Shown here piece after piece: positions 36,803-49,900 of a stretch of 64,000 nt of DNA. The DNA is taken from NCBI GenBank assembly GCA_036172245.1, contig JAYWIR010000002.1, positions 2,356,001-2,420,000 on the forward strand, written 5' to 3'. Both the position numbers and the translations under genes were made by a program. The notes under the pieces are model-generated. The model was not told the DNA's origin and made no database searches. It was given only the letters and a program-made list of their open reading frames with translations. Numbering within the stretch: the first letter of the stretch is position 1; the number at the start of each line of letters is the position of its first letter. Origin of the DNA: Raillietiella orientalis. Taxonomy: Eukaryota.

Positions 36803-39800
36803 TTCACGTTTTGAGAATACTCTACCTCCAAGATTGTTTTTAAATGCAAAAGGACTGTTTAATTCATAACTACCGTATTTATCAATCACAGATTTTTATT
36901 CAAATTTTTTTAATTGCACTTTCTCCTTCTAGAGTGACATAGTTTTTGATGTGTAACTTTCAAATCTCCGAAGAGCACGCACACAGTGGAAAGTTTTCGT
37001 TTCGGATTTTCTCTTTAAATGTGGAAGCTTCTTTCTCCTGGAGCTGCGATCGAACGGATTTTTTTTTTTTTTTTTTTTTTGTGTTGTGAGTGTGTGTGTG
37101 TGTGTTGTTTTTGAAAGAGAGGAAAGAAAAGAAAGAAAGAAAGAGAAAAGAAAAAAAAAAACAACGAAGTGGAAAAAAAAGTTGTGACATGCAACAACTT
37201 CGTGAAGGATGCCTTTTCGATAGAGAACCACCCGCCGGTGGTGCGAAACTGCATTTCCTAATTCCGATCGCATGCCTCAGATAGTCGAAAATGATTTCGG
37301 AAGATCATCTCAATCTTCCCCGATGTTTAGAGGGCCTTACGTCTTTCTCTGAATTTGAACTCTTTAACTTTCATTTTAGAAGCCAGGACGGAACGGGATC
37401 ATTTCGAGCAGCCTCGTGCAGCCGAAATTGCTGCCCTCTTCGTTGTTTCCTTTCCTTTCCGAAATCACCGCGTCGCCCAAACCCGGGCGGAGCTCGTCGG
37501 AATTCTCCCCTTGCTTTCTGGCTGGATCTTCCCCCCCCCGCGCCGGGGGGGGGCGGGGGGGGGGGAAGCTCATTCCCGGTTTGCGACACGTTCGAAGCCC
37601 GCGCAAAAACACGAAAAGGGAAAATTTCCAGGTTTTCGAAATGGTAAGTGGCGCGGATTTCGCCTGCATGCGGGGCAGACTCTGCAATCAGGAACCCAAT
37701 TCGCGCGTGTGATTTAATTCGCAGTGGGTTAATGACGGCACATTTCGGGAGCTCGGCTTTTCGGAGCCGCGCAAATGAGCAGCGCAACGTCCAGCACGCG
37801 CGTCGAATGGGTTCTGGAACTTTCTTTCGGGAGGATGTCCAACGATGCCGCCCGCGAAAAAAAAGGCCCGAATCACGCGGCCGGCAATTTCCTTAGGGGA
37901 AGCGAAATTGCCTAAACAGTCCTGCTTTACCAGACTGCCTTGCTTAACGTCAACAAATTTCACAAATATTCCTTTTTTGGAGTGAGCAGGAAGAATAAAT
38001 GGAAAACCCGTTCGCCCGCTGCCTTTCCGCCACTGCCATCCCCAAGTAGGTGTGCTCGTGGTGTGTGTGTATGTGTGCATGCGCGTGAGGCGTGTAGGTG
38101 TGCGACGCGCGCGTTTTCTGCTTGCCTTGCTGCGGCTTGCTTTGCTTCCAGGTCAATAGAGCACGGTCAATTAGGGTGTGGGTTCCTCACGAATCCATTA
38201 GCGCATTGAAAGTCACGCAAGCACGGGAGTAGGGCACGAACGAAGGAGCATCGCGCGCGGATGCGAAGAAAGGCGTTCAAGGGGAAATCCGAAGCGAGGA
38301 AATTAGCAGCAGCTTTTGCTACGGGTCGAATTCCCCCCTAGCGTCCACGACTGGCGGTGCGAATCCGGACGCCGTGCCAAATTTTCGTTTCAGGGAGAAA
38401 GCACGGATCACCGACGGAGTCTGAGGCCGTCCGTGCCTTGCTGGCCAATCCCTTGAATTTCGGGATCGCCGAGGCTCGGCGTTTCCATAAAGTGACGTGC
38501 ACCCGTGATTTCCAAACATCCTTCTCTCCTCGCCTCTCCTCCCTCTTCCCCTCCCGGTTTCCAGCTTTCCCGTCCTTTTCGGAATCTGCCTCCACCCCTT
38601 TCCTTCCCCCTTCTCCCCTCCCCCGAGGGCGACCGCTGTCGCTCAGGGTACCACTCGGACAGACGCTTCAAACCCATGTGTTTTTCGGATTCCTCCACAA
38701 GAAGCTGACCTTCAACCTTGTCTCAGAGCTTATCTCCCGTGAGTGCGTCTCTGCCCGTCACCTGACTCCGCCGATCCAACCATCGGTGGAATCTCGGAGG
38801 AATCCGTGGAAGTGAAAACATTCGGAAGGCTGACCCTCAAGAAGATGGTTGCAAGCTGAGGAAACCCTCGGCAAGATTTGTCGGAAACGGTTCCTAGCAG
38901 GAACAGCAGTCCCCGTGGGCGTCCTTACCCCTTTCCCGGGGTGTTGAGAGTGCAGTAGTGCGGCACTATCGAGGATCACTCTCTTGTTGGATCGGTACTT
39001 TTTTCTCTCTGTGGGCTCCTCCTGTTCCTTTTCCGCGTTGTAGGGCAACTCAGTTCGAGGCAGTTCTTTTTGGGAGGACGCGAGTGCACATGCGTGTCCT
39101 CCCGAAGAGATCATAAGGAAGACCGCCCCAAGGTTGCCGACAAGCCCACTGGCGACGCCGTCCTTCCGATGGCCGCAGGGTCCGTGCGCCATCGAGGCCG
39201 TTTTTTCGGAGTGCACTCGACACCGGAAGGAATGTCTTCGGTTCTTGCTGTCCAATCTCCACCGTCCGCGATCTGATGACGGCAAGGACACTTTTGGGTC
39301 TCCTCCTTCAGCTTCAGCTTAGGTGCCTCCCACGGGAAGCGATTCAGATGGGGGAATGCGCGTTCTTCAAGGAAGATGTTCGAATTGCACCCCCTTCCCC
39401 ACCCTTGTTATTGGGGGGATATGGGGGGATAAAGGGGAAAAAGGGAAGCAGTGATTTAGCTTGCCACGGAAGAGGGATAGAGAGAGGGAGGAGGGTGCAG
39501 CCATCTCCTTCCTGAGGGAATACTAGCGGAGCATGGATACAGAGCAGCGCATCATCCGCGAGCCCTTCCGTCCTCCCTCTGTCTTCCAAGGTGGACTTAC
39601 GGGTGTATGTGGGTTAAGGAGGAATCATTTCGGGGACACTCTTTCCATCTAGAGGAGCGGGAGGTTTCCCTTGTTTCTCTCCATCTCTCCTCTGCAGAGA
39701 GCGATCCAGTTTCGGAACCTTCTTTCGAAAGGGAGCTGCTGCAGCGCCTGAAGTGAGGAGCTAGAAGAGGAGGAAGGGATCCGATGGCGATCCCGGAAGC

Positions 39801-40059
39801 AGAAGACCCTGCGCCGGAGGGGCTGAGAAAGGGCATCGCGGCCTCCTCCCTGTTCTTCCCATCGTCTCATGCCCTCGGATCTCCGTACAGTGGGTTCAGA
39901 GGGACCGAATCCTCCTCGAGTAGGAGGAGTGAGGGCTGTGGAAAGTGGCATCTGCCTCTTCCATATCCGGGAGGAGGAGGGACGCTACCGTTTCTCTCTC
40001 GGGAGACCGAAGTGAATGATGGTTCTTTCCCGAATGTCATTCCCGTCCACTCTGTCCTC

Positions 40060-40118
40060 TATCCAGCAGATACCCCCTCCCCCGTAAGGCGAAGGGGAGA
40101 GGGGGTATCCGCTGGATA
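40060..40118 (-). other. Long hairpin (about 24-bp stem), pre-miRNA-like
   Basis: tatccagcagataccccctccccc ... ggggagagggggtatccgctggata. The two mismatches on the plus strand are A-C, which become G-U pairs on the minus strand. Confidence 0.45.
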
Positions 40119-41499
40119 AGGCTAAGGGGACCTGAGGTCCTCCGCACGTGCTCTTCCGTTCCTTCGCGGGACCAAAGAACTGAGAGGGGGAGGGACGAAG
40201 GGAGGCGTTTCAGGCGGGGAACTGGCACCCTCGGGAGATGTCCCTCATCTTGGCAGGAAGAGTGCGAGGAGGAAGGGTGGACTCCGACGGTCCAATCCCG
40301 GAGTCCAACTTCCGGTTCCTTCCCATCTTCCATCGATAGACAGGGATTGAACACCAGAGGGCAGGAACGGCTCTGTCTCGGCGCTTGAGTGCCATCCATT
40401 TGGGGGGCAAGTTGCTTCGGGAGACGAGACCTTGCGTGCTCCTTAGCGTCGGCTTCCGACTTTCCGGATCACCGTTCTGCTGCCCATGGCAACCGATGCC
40501 TTCCATGGGATTTGATGAGCATCGCGTCTCAACCCAGCATTTGGTCCAGTCCGAAGTGCTTGCGCTGCTGGGTCCACCGTTGCTCGTGGATCCGACGTCC
40601 AAACTTCAGCTTTCAAGCAAGCCGTACTTCCCACCCATTTAGGTATCTAGGATAGGTCGGGTCATTTTGCAGCTTCCCCCCTTCTAGACCTTTCTGATCA
40701 CTCGCTTTGCTGGATGGGACTCCCCATTTCCCATCCGTCCTGACGAGCGTCAGCTTTCCTCTGAGGAAACCCGCGGCTCCACTAAATGGGTGGAAGTTCT
40801 TTCGTTTCTCGTCGAACCTAGTGGCTTGAGACCGGTTTGCACGTCGGAGTCGCTGCGGGCCTCTGCCAGTTCCCTCTGGTTCCGTCCTGACCGGACACAA
40901 CCCCGTATCTTTCCTCATTTCTCTTGTCCCGATCCCCTCCTATCGCATACTCCTCTACTCCTACCTCTAAGGAGCCTTCCGGTTCCTCTGGTTTGGGGAA
41001 CCCGGACCACAGAACCTCATTCGCTGACGCAGGAGGGACACACCAACAGTAGCAGGAAGAGAGGACCAGAAGGAGATCAGCACTCCGCCTCCCCGTCGAC
41101 CGGAAGAAAATGGAGTAGGAAAGCATGTTAGACCGCTTGAATCGAAAGGGAAGGGGAAGAGGAGTGACAGAGAGTTAGGCGATCCAGATGGTGAGACACA
41201 GAGGACTAGGTGTCTGGAAGCGGGTTCTGAAAGCCCAAGGACGTGGAGCTCGGAAGGAACAGGACGGTAACTTAGGCGACGAGGTTCCAAGGGATCTGGT
41301 GCCAGAGGAATTGATGCGAGTTTGCCCACCTGTTTACCTCGGCGACTCCCGAACTCCAGAAAGCACACAGAAGTGCCCTCTTCCAATCCGAATCTCGATT
41401 GCTCTAGCGACTGAGGGATCAGAGAGGTCAGTCTCCCTCCAGCCTTGGGGTTGCTCTGAAGCGTTTACACGGCAAAGGTGCTGCTGGTTGAGATGTGCT

Positions 41500-43820
41500 C
41501 CCTCCTGTTACTATCGGACCCCCAGAGACGAGGTTGGACTCTCCAGGTAAAAAGTTAGGGAACGGGAAGAACGAACAAAGAAGGAAGGAAAGACCGACGC
41601 ACCAAGCTGTGGTAAGGGTTCTGAGGAGCTGGCCATGTCCTCGACTGGCTCGGGAGGAGGAAGGGGTGTGATGCTGGAAGGAGAGGGAAAGACAGATTTT
41701 CGTCAGACGAAGAGAGGACTATGGCTTTCCTCTGCCCAGGCTGACGACCAGCAGCTTTGCAGGACGCCTCTGAGAGCATTTGGCTTCTCTGCAAGGTGGA
41801 AAGGTGGCCTGCAGGAAAAGCAGATGAGGAAGGAATAGCTATGGCAGAATGAAGGACCGACGCCGGTCACTGGGCGAGCTTCCTAGTCCTCAAAGTCAAG
41901 CAGGAAAGTCGACCGTTGGAGCAGCAGCAGCACAGGACATGAGCAAAGCGGCGTCTGGGATGGTAACACCCGTGAAGAAGGTACCTACGGAGACTTGGTG
42001 CTCGCTCATGCACCGCGGGCAAGAGCACAGAGTGCAATCTTGAAGGAAGCAAGAGATGAAAGAGAAACGTAATGGCAGCAGAATGAACCGGGAATGAGGA
42101 GAGTGAGGACACGGAGGAAGATGGAGACCGTTCTGGCGGCTGGACGAATGTAGGTGAGGTGTCGGAGACTCGAGGAGTGAATTCAGAGCACCAAAGGCCC
42201 TAGGTACGATGCATTAACACACATTTCTGTGTCCCGATCTGCAGACATAAAAGGAGGGGAGGAGATGGAAAAAGTTTGGTCAAGTGCGTTCAAAAGGGAG
42301 TAGGAGCTTGTTTTACTCTCCTTCTGCAATCCTAACCCCACCGCCCTTTCCCAAATCTTGAGTGGTTCCGGGAACATCAACCACATTTTCCTGAAGAAAT
42401 CGGATTTGCTCACAAGGCCTGCTTGGCTTCCCCGATGTCCCGATCTGGGAAACATGATTCTTGCTATCCAAGCCAAGAGATGCGCCACTTCTTCAGTGCA
42501 GATGTCTGTCGAATGCATGCACGGAGTGAAGTGGGCACGGTGGAGAAGGAGCGAAGGGAATGCTAGAGAAGGCAACAACAACCCGGCAATATTGGATGCC
42601 ACGAGGGAGCAAGAAAGATGCGTAGTCTCCCGCACTCAAACTTCAGTCTGCATCAGACCGAAAGCGTCGCTTGATGAGCACCGCACGACGGCCTGGAAGG
42701 AAAGCATCTGAGAAATTTTGCAGAATCTTGAGCAATGATTCAAGGGAAGATGATGCTGTATCGCAGAGATCAACGCCACCATCGTTGCTTGTATAAGAAA
42801 GCACCTGTGAGTAAGTTTCGCAATGCACGCTTTTCCAGAGAGCGCAGACAGCAAAGAAGGGGAAAGGAAATAGGTTGAGGAATACAAAGAGAAGGCGAAG
42901 CTAGAAAAACTTGTTCGAGGATGATTCCGACATCTGCCCTGAGTGCAGATGTCTGGATGGTGATCTGCTAGGAGCATTTCGGAAAGTACATTATGAGAAG
43001 AAAAAGTGCATCGTACGTTATGTACACAAACATGTCCCCCATGTACACGAAAAATTCCATGAAGCAAATGCACACTCGCAAACAGGCACCTTGCAACGAG
43101 TGGGCACCTGCTTCCGTCCAGTGACTTCAAGAGTCTAACTGCGCATAGAATTTGCTATTGGTCTAAAGAGAAAATGAGGAATAAAAGCAGGAGGTGGGGT
43201 GAAGTGCAGAGGAAGAAAAATCAAGTGATGAACCGGAGGCTCCTGCGAGCGAAAGAACCCAAGAGTAAAATGAACTCGGGTGTAACACTGGAAAATCTGG
43301 GTCCGAATCTAAGGGAGGTAGCACCCCAGAAAATAAGCATACCAAGCACGGGATTGCCATCATATGCCGTTCACACGAATTTTTGCAGCAGATAGTAGTT
43401 CCAGGTGTTTTCGTAGGGGAACGTCGTGTGCACCCAATCTCCATGTGCACCCTATACATGGCGTCCCCAATGATCAGAGGGTGCTTCCACTCTTCATGGA
43501 TACGAAGCATAGACTAAAAAACCGACCTTTTCATAAGGCGAGCCTAACTCCAGAACGCTGTTTCCGTTGCATAACCTTTAATACCCTACGGTCACAAGGA
43601 AGACTTTACACAATGCAGGTATGCTCTGAAAAGAGGAGTGGGCATCCTCCAGCGACTGTAAAGTCCTGCATCTGCCCTCCTCTGATCAGGTGAGCAGCAG
43701 GATGGATCGTGAAAGATATGTTGGGGTGGCTTACAAAGAAACAGCCACAATGCCGGAATTAAAAAAGCGAGAGAGAGGTGTGAACTCCCCCATGCTTGAG
43801 ATGTTTCGGTTGCAAATTTG
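41500..43820 (+). other. Possible spliced gene or decayed element of unknown identity
   Basis: Several plus-strand splice-like signals (ttttgcag near 42723 and 43387, ttttccag near 42838, cag|gtatgc near 43618) and a Cys/His-rich ORF at 42911-43138. No coherent model could be built. Confidence 0.2.
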
Positions 43821-43976
43821 CTAGGCGAAATCGAAAAGGAAAAGAACGTTGAGCATGATGGTTCACTGGTAAAAAGCACCTAAAATGCTGCAGTCATGCA
43901 TGCAATTTAATTTTCACTTTTATATCTCTGTAATACAAAACCCTCGAACGGAACTCTTTGTAAAACAAACATGCAG

Positions 43977-46912
43977 CTAAATGGTGAGGAGATGACCAGA
44001 ACAGCACATACAGGGGTGTAGATTTTCTGGTATCAATATTTCCTGTTGTAATCTAGTTTCGATTTCTTCCAGCAGCTGAGTTATGTCAGGATAGTTCTTT
44101 GCTTCAGAAAAATTAGAAACCAATAAATGTTGCAATTCAAAAAATTTGGCGAAGAGAATGTGCTTCTCCTCTGTTAAATAAGCAATGAATTTATCTTTTT
44201 CCTCAGACTTTTGCCGTAGGAGAGCTCGTTGGAGACGATATAAAGCAATGTATTCCTCTGAAAACAAGTAAGTTGTGTGAGGTGCGAGACTCATACATAC
44301 CAATAGTTTCTGTTTCTCCTTGTAGCTGCACTGCTAGGTGTTCCAAATCAGCATTCTTTTGCACGAGTTCAGTCACCAGTTTCTCTTTTAACAGTACAGT
44401 TTCTTGCAGATTCTCAACATCTTCTTCAAGTTTACGCATCTCTTTCAGATTCTCAGACCTCGATAGTAAGTTTCTCAGTGAACTGTTTTGTTCATTGAGA
44501 GCCACAACTTGCATTTGTGCCTCTTCTAACTGTTGTGTCAGCAACTGACAAAATTGCCCTTCTGGAAGCGATAATTGTAGTCTATTTCTAAGATCTTGAT
44601 TCACTTCTTGCTCATGTTTTAAAGTATTCATTAAAGAAGTCTTTTCACTGTTCTGAGAAAAAAATACTCCAATTTGCGATCTCTGTAATTAATCACCATA
44701 CATACCACTTGGGCCAAGGAACTTTGCAAGGTCAACAGGTTCTCCTTTAATAAGCGATTCTGTTTCACAGCAATACTGGCTGCCACTTTCTCACTTTCAA
44801 TCATTTCCAGCAATTGATGCTGATTACTGCGCATCTCCCTCAACTCCGATAACTCGGTTAGCAGAGCTGCTGATTCTTCCTTCTCTTTCTGGTAATCTGC
44901 CATCTGCCACATCAAATATTTCTGACTTGGATGCTATTGTAAATTCATCTGACTTACCAGTTTAGATGCATCAGCTTTCAATTGTTTCACTTCATCAAAT
45001 AAGACCTGTTTCTCTCCATTCAAAACTTGGACTGAGTCTTCTAACTTTTGTTTGTAGTCTTGAAGAAGTAGGAACTGCTGATGACTCTTCTGCATCTCAT
45101 TCCGAATAGATGTATTGTCAAATGACAGTGTCTGCAACTACACCAAGCTTAGCTGACAACTACACCTAGCATTCTATACTTCTTTCTGTAAATCTTCCAG
45201 TTGATTCCTAAGAGATTTCGTTTCTTCTTGAAATTGCTGCTGTTTCTTGGATTTTTCCTCCAATAACTGCTTACATTGTGCTTCAGTACGTTGTAGTTTT
45301 TCATGCAAATCCTGTTCTTTTGATTTAGTATCTTCTTTGTGCATCAGATTACCATCATCTTGTCTTAATTGCAGCAAATTTAAATTTGCCATCTGCAACT
45401 CAGCTTCAAGTTGGATTAATTTTTTTTCGCATTCTGATAATTTAATTTCTCTTTCTGCCAGTTTGTTGCTCACTTCTTGCAACTCTTGGCTTTTCAAAAG
45501 CACCTGATTACTGTGCCAAGTAGTGCATCATAGAAAATGGAGTATAACTCACTTCAGTTGTTCCATCTCACTAGATAGCTTATTATTCTCATTTTCACTT
45601 GAGCTCAGTCTTTTCTGCAATTCTTTGAATTGCAACTCCTGCTGAAGTGAAGTTTCTTTCAGGAGGCTATGTTCATTCCTCTCTATCTGTAAAGAACAAT
45701 CCACCTTTTCTAACTGTTCTGCAATAAGTTACTGATTCAACACATGAATATAAATGAACTTCTCACCTGTTTTCTCAAGAATGGTTTTTTCAGCTTCCTT
45801 TAACGATGAACCCAATTGATGCAGTTGAGATATAAGCAAACCAATTGTTTCATGTTGAGACTTTTCCTTTTGTTGATTACCTTGTGGAAACTTCAGAAAA
45901 TATGACATTTGATTCTAGATTACACTCACATGGGACAAATCTGATTGCAAAGTGTGTGATTTTTCCATATCATAGTTGCATGCAGGAATTGCATTGTGAA
46001 TGCAACTGAATCTGGAATCATTATTACTGTTGTTCTCTTGTGTTAGAAAATCCGTAAATTTCAACTGGTTATTTGCAATCACAGAGTTTGAGGAGGGCTG
46101 GGGATGGTCCCTTTCTTTTTCAGCAGATGGAGTTCCAATGAAAGATGCCTCTTTTTTCTGGAAAGATTCAAAACATGTTCATACATGTTTCATGTTCATC
46201 CAGCATTATGCCCCAATTTACCTCACAGCCATTCAATAAGGTATTGGGAGCACCTTCCTTGAAGTCACAGGGCTTCAGGTGCTTCTGCTGATATTCTCTC
46301 AACTAAAGGGGATATATTATACCATTGCTTCAAAACATTACATAAATGAAGGCATTCAAATACTTGTTAACAATCCTTAACATTCGGCATGAAAAATGAT
46401 AAGTAATATAAATAACGCATGTTAAGCTGGAGGAGAAAACACTCTTCATAAATCAGAACTACAATACGATGAAAACAATCAAACTGATGACGTTTTAAAG
46501 AAAATTGGCATTACTCTGAATATGCAATATTTACTATCACGATGCAATTGATTAAAAACCTTAACATGAGAGATATTATTCCTACAGATACCCTAATGCA
46601 TACATTAATACATCTGCCAGAAAAAAAATCAGGCAAATCTGCATCTTTGAAACATGAGTTTTCAACGAATATGTCACCTGAAGTGCGCAAGCTGTCGCAA
46701 TAATAATAAAAAAAAGACTATAACTAAACTGCAGAATACTAATGCCAGAAATAAAACAGAAACTCTAGTACTACGAAAATTGAATCCGAGTGGATTTATA
46801 CTACGAATAATCATGGCAGATGATTTTATGTTTCAATATTCGATAACGCACAACGCCCATGGAATAATACCTTTTTTCTAGCTGCTATTAGCTGAACTGA
46901 TTTCTGATCCAT
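43977..46912 (-). CDS. GOLGA2: Golgin subfamily A member 2 (GM130) homologue, about 658 aa, 10 exons
   Basis: Exons 46871-46912, 46222-46302, 45930-46157, 45767-45890, 45553-45718, 45180-45510, 44958-45131, 44706-44903 (alternative acceptor 44921), 44301-44652 and 43977-44257 splice in frame. Hallmarks: N-terminal 'AARKK|LREYQQK', 'HETIGLLIS', a long coiled coil, 'LEHLAVQLQGETETI..YIALY..QR' and C-terminal 'HPCMCCSGHLLTI'. Confidence 0.92.
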
Positions 46913-49900
46913 CAGTACATAGTAAATTCAAATGCACTCCTCATTGCGATGGTTGGAAACCGCAAGCTTAAATACATATAAATACTGCGTTCATAACGCC
47001 ACTCTTTTTTGATATCATTTGCAATGTGTCTCTAAATAATAGGAACATTGATGGGTTTGGTTCGAACCATGTATTACTTTCTGCTCAAGTTGTGATTTGA
47101 ACCAACACTACATGACACGTACGACGATTAAATAAACACATTTTACCATCTTCCGTATCACCGATAACTACAACATCACAACGTTCAGAATTAAATGAAA
47201 CCGGCTTCCATAATATATGGAAAAAAATGAAATTTAATGCTTGCAAAAATGAAAATATTGCGTTTTTTTTTCCTGTTATGACCTATTCTTACACAGGGAA
47301 TGTCGAAATATGAATAGTGTGATGTAGACATTTGTTTCAGAATACGAAATATTTTCTACAAATTCCAATAATAAAAATGACTTTGATTACGTAGAAATGG
47401 TGAGATAAATAACAGAATCAAAACTTCAGATCGCTTAATATCGTTGAACTTCAATGTCGAATTCGATTCTTCAGGGACATCTCCTTGCTGATCTGGAACT
47501 GAGTAATGCTTGCATTTCAAAGTGTGGAAACACACCATCTTCAATAGCACTTCGCTATTTTCAAAGATATTATTTCTTAGTATAATTTTCAACAGTATTT
47601 CTTGTTTCTACTGAGAACTAGTAGAGAATAAATCGATGAAATGTTTGACTGTGTACAGAAATTATAGGTGATCAGTTGAAAATCGATGGATTTGTCCATT
47701 TGTCAAACAGTTGCATTCCATACAAAATTGTACTGCATTTGTTCCGTTTTCACACACTAAAAACGCTTGCACCTCAGGACTTTGCAGATGAAACCTCGAT
47801 CCTCCAGTACAATCTGAAAAATAATCAGCTATTCCTTCAAAATAAAAATAAATGTAATTAGAACAGTCGAAAAACAATAGCAATTTCGAATGTAAAAGAT
47901 GAAACTGAAATGACACCTGCTAATGAAAAAAATGATCCTCTTTGTTATCTGCAATTACAACAGCATGCTTCATATCACTGAAAGATCTACCATTCAATCT
48001 ATTCAAAAATGAGTGGTGGAACACATACACTTGTTTAGTTTCGATTTAGAATTTATTTAAAGCAAATTCCAAGAACATCAGCATCGAAATGCAACAAAAC
48101 AGCTCAGCATTGCAGATTTGCGTGTACTGCATCCAGATTCGATTATATGTCACAATAAGATGAGCCATAAAAGATTATGATGTTCCGGAGCATCTTTTGG
48201 CTTTCGAGATGTTTTCAGGATATTCCTAATTCCTTTATGCTACTCAATCCATCTATAACACTGAAACCCAAAATAAAAAATTATAGACCTGACACTCGAT
48301 TTTATATGTGTAAGGATTATTCGACACCGAATCAGGCATTCATATGAAGAGTGGAAATGTCTTCGCTGTATTCAATCGTATATTTGACTGCATACGTAAA
48401 GAAGCACTTTTGAATATACAGCAAAGTTACACATCATTTCAATACGTCACGTGTTTTTGGATCATTGCAACAAAATCCAGACTGTAGAGAAATTCATCAG
48501 CAGAAGGATATCAAAAGAAATCCCAAAAAATTCAAGAATACCAAAGAGCTATGTAATCTAGTCCTTTTTGAATTATGAGAGCCTTGGATGAATCTCCTTA
48601 TTCCATAAAAATTACATGAAGAATGCATTTGACAACTTGATTAAATGCTTCCTTTCCATGATTTGGAATTCCTAACATATTCTGTGTTTACTTTTGAAAA
48701 TCAAGATCTTGGAACCACTTGAGAAAGAACAAGGATATTTAGAAAACTGTATATATATGAGTAGTAACACACATAAGATACATGCTACGGAACAGTCCGA
48801 ATAAAATGCTTAATCCAAAATTAATCAGCCAGATAAGAGTCACGTGTTGACAGGAGGCCGTCAAATTCTGTTTAGCAAGTCATCCCTTTGTCTTCTTTGC
48901 ATAATCAATAACATTTCTTACACAGAACAATAATATTGTCAATCTAGAACCCCAATAGATTTTCCGAATATTTTTTAAGCAGTCCCACGTTCAGTTTGAA
49001 AGTTCCTGTTCAAATACAATACAGAAGTTTTCATTCTTTAATTGCATCTTCCACGAAGTTGACATACTTTCTACAATGCTCATGCAGACAGCACAGCTAG
49101 GTTTTCAGGTTTTCATGCATGCGATTTGTCATATCTTAGATAGAAAATGAAGAATAATTTTGCATCGAATTCCTACAGGCTTAATTGAAAAAAAAAATGA
49201 TCCCATTTTTTACTACTACGATAGTAACAAATGTGAAAATCCTTTCAAGCCTTAGTTAAATATAATGACAAAAATAGGAGCACGATTTGTTCAAAATCCA
49301 AGTTGAAGTTTACAAGGAAGGAAGAAAAAAAAAGTTTAGGAATTGGAGTTCAGCTAAACATTCTCCATATCAAATGAGAGACATTTAAAAGATACCTCTT
49401 TTTAATTATTCAGACGTGTTGAAAGGCCTGTCAAGAAATTTCACTAACGGAAGTAGCTATTTTGAGTGAAAGAAAAGAAAAAAGTAACAATTCAAATGAC
49501 TAGAGGAAGCTTATGAAAAAAACAAATGAAACAGTGCAAAATCAAAGAAAATCGCAATGCACATATTTTTTTTTAGAAAGTGGTGTTAAGAAATAGAATA
49601 TCTAAGAAGATACTCAATTTACGACAGTGCTCCAACATTTTGAAACTCCGTACAACAGTGAGCAAAGTTTGAAATGTATGATATCTTCAATGCAGAATTC
49701 AGATTTAATTTTTCTCTGGAACAGAATTCCAGAGAAAAAGGGTTTAGAGCAATATGATAGTCTGCAAATGCAAGTTGTAAACGAATCCTCCTCCTTTCAA
49801 AGAATGGAAACTGAAGTGGAACCTTTAAAGTTAAAAGTAATGTTATATTTTTAGGTTTCGTAAACGTACATTTATGTAATGTGATATGAGACCAAGACAA

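Noticed and set aside
37618..37629. NF-kB-like site gggaaaatttcc upstream of the obstructor gene
   Set aside because: A single short motif with no independent support.
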